Origin: Eledone cirrhosa
Taxonomy: Eukaryota
Direction of reading: 5' to 3'
Assembly (NCBI GenBank): GCA_964016885.1
Contig: OZ024754.1
Span: 28,520,001-28,584,000, forward strand
Length of the DNA stretch: 64,000 bases
The translations under genes were made by a program, and so were the position numbers. Position 1 is the stretch's first letter, and every line of letters starts with the position of its first letter. Positions 55,550-64,000 of this stretch are shown here, in pieces. Under the pieces are notes generated by a model, which saw only the letters and a list, made by a program, of their open reading frames with translations, ran no database searches and was not told the DNA's origin.

Positions 55550-56262
55550 TACCCTGGATGAGATCAATGCCACAGCTTACAGGATTATATCTAGAATCGG
55601 CATAGAAGACAGGACGGCCCCATACCAAACCAAGGGAACCGCGGATTACCCTTAAAGATCACAAGCCAAACTTTGAGTCCGACCTCCCTGTCAGACTAAT
55701 AACCCCCCCCAGATCTGACCTAGGGATCGTCAGTAAAAGAATACTGGATAGGATTTTGCCCGAGCTTCGGAAGAAACTACATTACAGCAACGGTCATGCA
55801 TGGGAGAAGTAATAGAATGGTTTAAAATACTGCATGAGAAAAGTAGGACCAGCTTTATACAACTGGACATCGCAAGCTACTACTCCTCAATCTCACCCAT
55901 AGTACTTAATAAGGCCCTATTTTTAGCGATGTCCAATACGGACCTAACCCGAGAGGAGGTGAGCATCATCCACGCCACAAGAAAGACCTTAATCCGTTTC
56001 AATGGAGACCTTTGGACCAGGAGTGATTGGTCAAATAACTTTGACATCACGATGGGCCCCAGCGACTCAGCACAGGTAACGGACCTGGTTGGGCTCTACT
56101 TGCTGAAGCAGATAAAAGATGAAATCCCCTGCCTGGGCGGCGGATTATACCGTGACGATGCTCTATTCACAGTATATGACCACAGCACCAATATGTTGGA
56201 GGGAATGAGGAGATGTATTCGCCATTTCTTTAAGAACCAGGGGCTCAGCATAGAAATAGACC
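55550..56262 (+). pseudogene. Naiad-like PLE reverse transcriptase fragment
   Basis: ITLKDHKPNF..RLITP.RSDLG.VSK, FIQLDIASYYSSI, FDITMG, LYRDD; interrupted at about 56262. Confidence 0.85.
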
Positions 56263-56668
56263 TAAAAACACTTGTGGATAGTGCAGTTTTAAATCAACAT
56301 ATGAAAAGTAGTTTTAGATTGATGTGTGATATTGGGGAAAACATTTTTTTTGAGGGGGGGGGGGAAGCATGAAAAAGAGGAGGAGATGAGAGTAAAAAGT
56401 GGAGGGGGAGAGTATAATGTTGATTTAAAACTGCACTATCAACAAGTGTTTTTAAACCTTCATATCATGTCCTATTTTATCTGATGAAAACACAAATGTT
56501 ATTGCATGATGATATATGTTTTGAAATGCGCATAATAAAATACATGGAACTCATTTAACCATCTTTTGATCTTATATATTATGTATACTCCAGTCCTACA
56601 ACTGTAGAGTGCTTCTTATACGATATCTGCATTGCCTTATTGTACTACAATAAAACTCACCTCCTACA
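56263..56668 (+). mobile_element. Non-coding pLTR mini-element of the 48074 family (inverted stub plus pLTR)
   Basis: 56417-56668 matches the reverse complement of about 48074-48325; 56263-56415 is an inverted piece; ends CTCACCTCCTAC(AT)n. Confidence 0.85.
56475..56540 (+). ncRNA. Hammerhead ribozyme
   Basis: TTTTAT-CTGATGA-AAACA..TGTTTT-GAAA-TGCGCA-TA-ATAAAA. Confidence 0.8.
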
Positions 56669-56684
56669 TATATATATATTATAC

Positions 56685-56720
<36 letters not shown>

Positions 56721-56856
56721 GTATATATATATATATATATATATATATACGTATATATAATATATATATATATATATATACGTATATATATATATATATA
56801 TATATATACGTATATATAATATATATATACGTATATATATATATATATATATATAC

Positions 56857-56922
<66 letters not shown>

Positions 56923-56964
56923 GTATATATATATATATATACGTATATATATATATATATATAC

Positions 56965-57898
56965 GTACTTTCAGAGCACCCTCCCCAGTGGGGGAGGGTG
57001 CTCTGAAAGTACTGTAGCTAGAGTCAGAACTGGTTGGAAAAAGTTCAGAGAGCTTATACCACTATTAGCTGCTAAAGGGTTCTCCCTAAAAATGAAAGGC
57101 AGGTTGTACGATGCCTGCATACGAACATCAATGTTGCATGGCAGTGAGACCTGGGCATTGTGTGCAGAGGATATACGCAGACTAGAGAGGAACGAAGCTT
57201 GCATGCTCCGCTGGATGTGTAACAGTAATATACGTGAACGGCAAAGCATAAACGAACTAAGGAAAAAATTAGAGATAAGAGGGATCAGATGTTGTTTACT
57301 CGAGAGAAGGCTACGTTGGTATGGACACGTGATGCGCATGAAAGTCGATAGCTGTATAACAAAGTGCAGGGCAATAAAGATAGACGGTAGCCACGGAATA
57401 GGCAGACCTAGAAAAACCTGGGACGAGCTGATAAACTCCGACCTCACACACTTACACCTCTCCAAGACAATGTCACTGGACCGAGACCTTTGGCGGTACT
57501 CAGTAACAGAGAAGACCCGCCTTGCCAGTAGGCATCTCTAACAAAATACACCCCGTCCCACCACCACCACCCCCACCCCATCCACACCACCCCCGTCCTA
57601 TGTAAAGTTATGTTGGTGCCGCGCCATCCGGGCCGAAACAAATGAGATCGTGTAGGTGTCACGACAAAAAAAACACACAGTCCACGCTGTAATGTGGCCG
57701 TGTAGGCAACACGGTAAAAACCTCCCAGACCCACACTGTAAATGTGGTTGGTGTTAGGAAGGGCATCCAACTGTAGAAAACCTGCCAGACAGTCCTATGC
57801 GAGCAAGACAATCACTCTTGCCTCAAGTGGGACTACCCCCGTCCAAACCCATGCAAGCGTGGAACACGGACGTTAAACGTTGATGATGATGATGATGT
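56965..57898 (+). mobile_element. RTE family 2 3' fragment with 5' fold-back hairpin
   Basis: [22 protein letters not shown]; UTR and (GAT) tail; 56965-57012 inverted repeat. Confidence 0.92.
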
Positions 57899-57968
57899 TG
57901 ACGTATATATATATATATATACGTATATATATATATATAGTATATATATATATATGTATATATATATG

Positions 57969-58052
<84 letters not shown>

Positions 58053-58175
58053 GGAGGTGAGTTTTATTGTAGTACAATAAAGCAATGCAGATATCGGATA
58101 AGAAGCAACTCTACAGTTTGTGGGACTGGAGTATGCATATATAAGATCAAAAGATGGTTAAAGGAGTTCCATATA

Positions 58176-58242
58176 TTTTATTATGCGCATTTCAAAAACA
58201 AACATCATCAAGCAATAATATTTGTGTTTTCATCAGATAAAA
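58176..58242 (-). ncRNA. Hammerhead ribozyme
   Basis: Same motif as 48201-48267. Confidence 0.8.
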
Positions 58243-58367
58243 CAGGAGAACATGATATGAAGGCTAAAAAACACTTGTGGATAGTGCAGTTTTAAATCAA
58301 CATGATATGTTGATTTAAAACTGCACTATCCACAAGTGTTTTTTAGCCTTCATATCATGTTCTCCTG

Positions 58368-58434
58368 TTTTATCTGATGAAAACACAAATATTATTGCTT
58401 GATGATGTTTGTTTTTGAAATGCGCATAATAAAA
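58368..58434 (+). ncRNA. Hammerhead ribozyme
   Basis: TTTTAT-CTGATGA-...-GAAA-TGCGCA-TA-ATAAAA. Confidence 0.8.
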
Positions 58435-58468
58435 TATATGGAACTCCTTTAACCATCTTTTGATCTTA

Positions 58469-59323
58469 TCTATATATATAAAACTGTGGTTGTCTGTCTG
58501 TCTATCGATTTTTGGCACACATCTCCTCTTAGAATCTCTCACGGAATTGCACCGAAATTGCTATATTTGTACATTGAGCCCTAGCAAAGACATCGGAAAA
58601 AAAAATATTTCAAATTGACCCACCCTATGTGACGAAATCGAATATAATGTATCGATTTTTGAGCGTAAGTTATCAGTTATTTCCCTTTGTTCTGTTTACA
58701 TTGAGCGTCTTACGTAAAAAATTACGCTGGCTTTCTCAGCGTTTAAAATGACATTAACACAATACACGAACAGTTGAACACTCAGCTTCCGTTTTGCTTC
58801 ATTTCCATTTAAAAGCATTTTAAAACAATATTTTTACTTGAAAACAAGTCTATTTAAAGACTACGTAAAACAAGCAAATATTTCGTCGTTAGGCGTGCAG
58901 ACAGACAGTCGTGCAGAGAGGTGATATAGGCGTGCAGACAGACAGTCGTGCAGAGAGGTGATATAGGTGTGCAGACAGACAGTCGTGCAGAGAGGTGATA
59001 TAGGCGTGCAGACAGACATAACTGATAATTTGGTTACGCTAATGTTTTTCTCTGCGTTGCAGTGTTTACATTTTCGATCTTTGTTAATAAATAACCAGTG
59101 CAGTTTCTATCCCCAGCATCCTCTTTTGTTATAACATTCGGGTTATCGTTATGTTTTCTTAACTTCATAAGGCATATTGTTGGTTGAGGGAATATTAATC
59201 AAAAACACCACATGCAAGTCTGCACAGTAGACACTACAGTTTTTAAGCCAAGAAAGAAACTTAACATTGTAACTTTAACACAGCTACTGAGCGACCCCGA
59301 GCAACGCCGGGCTTTACTGCTAG
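58469..59323 (+). mobile_element. Non-autonomous Helitron
   Basis: A|TCTATATATATAAAA 5' end; subterminal hairpin CCCGAGCAACGCCGGG; CTAG|T 3' end; no TSD. Confidence 0.85.
58891..59017. repeat. 37-bp tandem repeat (about 3.4 copies) inside the Helitron
   Basis: AGGCGTGCAGACAGACAGTCGTGCAGAGAGGTGATAT. Confidence 0.92.
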
Positions 59324-59324
59324 T

Positions 59325-59794
<470 letters not shown>

Positions 59795-62700
59795 TCATCA
59801 TCATCATCATCATCAGGTTTAGCGTCCGTGTTCCACGCTTGCATGGGTTTGGACGGGGGTTTTCCCACTTGAGGCAAGAGTGGTTGTCTTGCTCGCATAG
59901 GACTGCCTGGCGGGTTTTCTACAGTTGGATGCCCTTCCTAACACCAACCACATTTACAGTGTGGGGCTGGGAGGTTTTTACCGTGTTGCCTACACGGCCA
60001 CATTACAGCGTGGACTGTCTGGCGGGTTTTCTACAGCTGGATGCCCTTCCTAACACCAACCACATTTACAGTGTGGGGCTGGGAGGTTTTTACCGTGTTG
60101 CCTACACGGCCACATTTACAGCGTGGACTGTGTGTTTTTTGTCGTGACACCTACACGATCTCATTTGTTTCGGCCTGGATGTTGTGGGACCAACATAACT
60201 TTACATTGAAAGGGGCGGTGTGGGTGGGGTGGAGGTGGTGGGACGGGGGTGTGTTTTGATAGAGATGCCTACTGACTGTAGTAGGTTTTTACTTTGTATT
60301 TAGGTAAGGCGGGTCTTCTCTATTACTGAGTACCGCCAAATGTCTCGGTCCAGTGACATTGTCTTGGAGAGGTGTAAGCGTGTGAGGTCGGAATTTATCA
60401 GCTCGTCCCATGTTTTTCTGGGTCTGCTTACTCCGTGGCTACCGTCTATCTTTATTGCCCTGCACTTTGTTATACAGCTGTCGTCTTTCATGCGCATCAC
60501 GTGACCGTACCAACGTAGCCTTCTCTCGAGTAAACAACATCTGATCCCTCTTATTTCTAATTTTTTCCTTAGTTCGCTTATGCTTTGCCGTTCACGTATA
60601 TTACTATTGCACATCCAGCGGAGCATGCAAGCTTCGTTCCTCTCTAGTCTGCGTATATCCTCTGCACACAATGCCCAGGTCTCACTGCCATGCAGCATTG
60701 CTGTTCGTATGCAGGCATCGTATAACCTGCCTTTCATTTTTAGGGAGAACCCTCTAGCGGCTAATAGTGGTATAAGCTCTCTGAACTTTTTCCATCCAGT
60801 TCTGACTCTAGCTACTGTACTTTCAGAGCACCCTCCCCCGCTGCTGATTTTGTCACCCACATAACGGAAGCTGTCCACAATTTCTATAGAACCCTCTGCG
60901 CAGTTGAAGGAGCTAGTATTTTGTGGGCACTTGCTGCTACTTATTGCACCAGAGCACCGGCCACATGTAAAATCTATGTTCTTAGTTAGCTTACCTGTGA
61001 TCCCACTACATCTTTTATGCACCCATACTTTGCATTTGGGACATAAAATGGAGTTTCTACCTACGCCTTTCCTACACACTGAGCATGGCCATTTCCCAGA
61101 TGGGACTGCCGCCTTATTTTCTTTCCTACAAACTAGAACTTTAGTCTTAGCCAGGTTAATTTTAAGGCCTTTTGATTCTAGGCCGTGCTTCCATGTTTGG
61201 AATTTCTTCTCTAGTTCGGTCATTGATTCAGCTATGAGCGTTAGATCATCTGCGTATAGGAGTTCCCATGGGCAGCCGGTCTTGAACTCCTCTGTTATAG
61301 CCTGAAGGGCAATAATAAATAGTAGGGGGCTAAGAACAGAGCCCTGATGGACACCAACTTTTACGCTAAACTCTTCACTATATTCGTTGTTAATTCTAAC
61401 CTTACTGACTGTTTCTTTATACATGGCTTGTATAGCTCTCACAAGCCATTCGTCAACACCTAGTTTTCTAAGAGACCACCAGATAATGGAACGGGGGACT
61501 CTGTCGAAGGCTTTCTCCAAGTCGACGAAAGCTAAGTATAGGGGTTTACTTTTAGCTAGGTACTTCTCCTGTAGTTGTCGTACAATGAAAAGAGCATCTG
61601 TGGTACTTTTGCCTGAGACAAACCCGAACTGCATTTCATCTAGATCAATTCTCTCTCTGATTAGTTGCGCTATTACTTTTTCCGTGACCTTTATGACCTG
61701 GTCGATTAATTTAATGCCTCTATAGTTACTCCTATCTAGGGCATCTCCTTTTCCCTTATAGCAGTTAACGATGATGCTGCTACGCCATTCCTTCGGAACA
61801 ACCCCATTCTGTACGACTTGGTTAACTATCCGGGTGACCATGATGTGTCCCACCGAACCAGATGCCTTCAGCATCTCAGCAACTATTTCCGAAGGCCCAG
61901 CCGCCTTACCCGTCTTCATATCTTTGATTGCCTTACTTATTATACTACCTTCAACTAACACTGCTGGTCCCTCTATTGGATCGATCTGGGGGAGACTGTC
62001 TTTCTCCCATTTGTTCTCCTCATTTAGAAGCCTTTCGTAGTGACACTTCCAAGCTACCTTCTTATCAGCGTCGGTGATGGCAAGTATGCCATCATCGTTA
62101 AGTACACACTTCTCCCCGACAATATCACGGTTTTCCTTGACACATTGCCTGGCAATCCTGAACACCTCACGTTTTTGGTCCTCACGTTGTAGAACATGCT
62201 TGAACTTTCTTTCCTCTGCTTCCCTTCTTGCGAAGTACACTTGTCTCCTAGCTTCCCTCCTGGCCACTTGATAGTCTTCTCTACTTCCCCCATCCCGCCA
62301 TACTTTCCAAGCCTGCTTTTTGGCCTTAATTGACTCCTCCACCTTACTGTTCCACCACCATGTTACTCTCCTCCTACCTACAGGCCTGCTCCAGCCACAG
62401 ACTTCGTCTGCCGCCGTCAGCAGGTTTGCTCTCAGGAATTCCCACTGTTCCTCTATATTATACGACTCTAATTGCTCTTCCTTACTGTCGAAAGCGTCAA
62501 GTAATATGCTTTGAAATTTATTTCTGGCTATGGGGTCCTTTCGCTTCCATATTTTTCTCCTGAGGATAGTCCTCTTCCGCTGTCTAGTACGTCTCGTCCT
62601 GACTATGAGGTCGCTAATTATCAGTCTATGTTGGGAGGTGAATTCTTCATGGGGGAGGGATTTAGTGTTAACAACAGACACTCTGTCACGTCTTCTGGTA

Positions 62701-63500
62701 AGGATATAATCTACCTGGCTTGTGTTTTCCCCCGATCTATAGGTGATCAAGTGATTGTCTCGTTTTTTGAAATTAGTGTTACAGATAGTTAAGTTATTTG
62801 CGTCGCAGAATTCCAGGATTCTGGAGCCTTCCTCATTTCTAGTACCGAACCCATAGCCTCCATGGATTCCGTCATAGCCGTCACAATGTTGTCTAACGTG
62901 ACCATTTAGGTCGCCTGCAATAACTATATAGTCACTGTCGGTTATTTGGGAGGTAGCGAGCATCAGTGTCTCGTAGAATCTGTCTTTTATAGTGCCGGGC
63001 AGTCCGGATTGGGGTGCGTACGCAGATATTACTGTCACCGTAGTTTTATTGAGGACAAGTCTTATTTTAATTATTCTGTCGTTCACTCTATTTACGTCTA
63101 TTATCTTATCTGCCCACTTTTCTGCTACCATGATTCCTACCCCACCCAACCCATTGTCATTTCCCACCCAGAAAAGCTTATAGCATCGTTCTTTACCCAC
63201 GATGAATCTAGCCGACCCTCCCCTCCACCTGGTCTCTTGAATACAATAAACATCGACCTCCTTACGTTCAAGCATTTCTACAATTGCGTTTGGAGGGTGG
63301 GAGCGGTGCGGCGCGGGGGGGGGGGGGGGTTATGTTAGCCATCCTGGGCCGAAACAAGGAGGAGTGCTTGCATTCTCGTCCACGAGGTGAATTTGGCTTT
63401 ATCTTTGGCATTGTCGCTGAGCGTCCACATTTTTCTCTCTTCAACTCTCCAGAATTCCGTAGTCCATCCATCATATCGAAAAGCAACCAGTTAAGCGATA
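59795..63500 (-). mobile_element. RTE LINE family 2, near full-length young copy
   Basis: Long ORF, 3' UTR with about 113-bp tandem duplication, (GAT)n tail; 5' boundary approximate. Confidence 0.95.
60300..63275 (-). CDS. RTE ORF: APE endonuclease plus reverse transcriptase with inserted PHD-type finger (991 aa)
   Basis: QETRW, SAYAPQ, GDLNGH, QVDY, SQH; NYRGI, QFGF, FVDLEKAFD, HQGSVLSP, YADD; CxxC..CxxC..HxxC..CxxC; RLRWYGHV. Confidence 0.93.
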   Translation of the reverse strand: MLERKEVDVYCIQETRWRGGSARFIVGKERCYKLFWVGNDNGLGGVGIMVAEKWADKIIDVNRVNDRIIKIRLVLNKTTVTVISAYAPQSGLPGTIKDRFYETLMLATSQITDSDYIVIAGDLNGHVRQHCDGYDGIHGGYGFGTRNEEGSRILEFCDANNLTICNTNFKKRDNHLITYRSGENTSQVDYILTRRRDRVSVVNTKSLPHEEFTSQHRLIISDLIVRTRRTRQRKRTILRRKIWKRKDPIARNKFQSILLDAFDSKEEQLESYNIEEQWEFLRANLLTAADEVCGWSRPVGRRRVTWWWNSKVEESIKAKKQAWKVWRDGGSREDYQVARREARRQVYFARREAEERKFKHVLQREDQKREVFRIARQCVKENRDIVGEKCVLNDDGILAITDADKKVAWKCHYERLLNEENKWEKDSLPQIDPIEGPAVLVEGSIISKAIKDMKTGKAAGPSEIVAEMLKASGSVGHIMVTRIVNQVVQNGVVPKEWRSSIIVNCYKGKGDALDRSNYRGIKLIDQVIKVTEKVIAQLIRERIDLDEMQFGFVSGKSTTDALFIVRQLQEKYLAKSKPLYLAFVDLEKAFDRVPRSIIWWSLRKLGVDEWLVRAIQAMYKETVSKVRINNEYSEEFSVKVGVHQGSVLSPLLFIIALQAITEEFKTGCPWELLYADDLTLIAESMTELEKKFQTWKHGLESKGLKINLAKTKVLVCRKENKAAVPSGKWPCSVCRKGVGRNSILCPKCKVWVHKRCSGITGKLTKNIDFTCGRCSGAISSSKCPQNTSSFNCAEGSIEIVDSFRYVGDKISSGGGCSESTVARVRTGWKKFRELIPLLAARGFSLKMKGRLYDACIRTAMLHGSETWALCAEDIRRLERNEACMLRWMCNSNIRERQSISELRKKLEIRGIRCCLLERRLRWYGHVMRMKDDSCITKCRAIKIDGSHGVSRPRKTWDELINSDLTRLHLSKTMSLDRDIWRYSVIEKTRLT

Positions 63501-64000
63501 GTATGGGCCTCTGACTTATGATTGGTCCACGTAATAATGGTGGTGCGTGGGGGCGGGAGGGAGGGATGATGGGTTGTTAGCGAGAATGTAAGGTTTAAGA
63601 TAAGATCGCCGTATTTTGGGCATAATTTAACAATAAACGAAAATACAAGATTTGTTTTGTTTCAGAAAATACGATAGAGAAAATGCGGTGATAGGGAAAA
63701 TATGATTTTTAGAGAAAAGATATGATATAGTGTGAAATTAGGACATAGAATAGTGATTGAATGAATGGGTTCGAATGGAGAGAAGAATCGAGAAAAATAT
63801 TTGAACGTTACTTTATACCGAAGGAACCGAAGGGAACAGCCATCCCAGAAATAGCAAGTTGGCGATTTTGATTAATTTTGGTAGGGTTTTATCTTATATG
63901 TATAGAGAGGGAGGGGGGGGGGGGGCAGGAACCAGCATGATGTATGGGTAGGGGGTAGAAGATGGGATGGAGCAGAGGTTAAGAGTTTAAATAGGTACAC

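Larger units (their letters stand above)
58050..58468. mobile_element. Palindromic pLTR mini-element (48074 family)
   Basis: Minus pLTR 58050-58303 plus a near-perfect inverted copy 58307-58468. Confidence 0.88.

Noticed and set aside
55800-56372. 190-aa ORF as a real protein
   Set aside because: RT fragment running into an inserted pLTR; the C-terminus is non-coding sequence

Overview
AT-rich animal genomic DNA almost entirely made of repeats. The mix of long (TA)n/(TG)n microsatellites, RTE LINEs with (GAT)n tails and two tRNA-headed SINE families is what I would expect from an octopus/cephalopod genome (inference, not verified). No complete host gene is visible, and the many YIYI/CVCV/poly-His ORFs are microsatellite artefacts. 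Mobile content: (i) two RTE-clade LINE families, including one copy with an uninterrupted 991-aa APE+RT ORF carrying a PHD-type Cys4-His-Cys3 finger inside the RT; (ii) several Penelope-like elements (PLEs; RT+GIY-YIG, two Naiad-like) whose pseudo-LTRs carry minimal hammerhead ribozymes, often as palindromic non-coding mini-elements embedded in (TA)n; (iii) a decayed hAT transposon, a non-autonomous Helitron, Tc1/mariner- and piggyBac-type MITEs, R4/Dong- and Vingi-like LINE fragments; (iv) a 5S rRNA pseudogene abutting a SINE. Weak hints of host exons lie at 9.0-10.8 kb (+) and 24.4 kb (-). The most striking signal is a dense set of hammerhead motifs (about 9 with a recognisable core, one a U3-A8 variant, plus several decayed ones) from several pLTR families.
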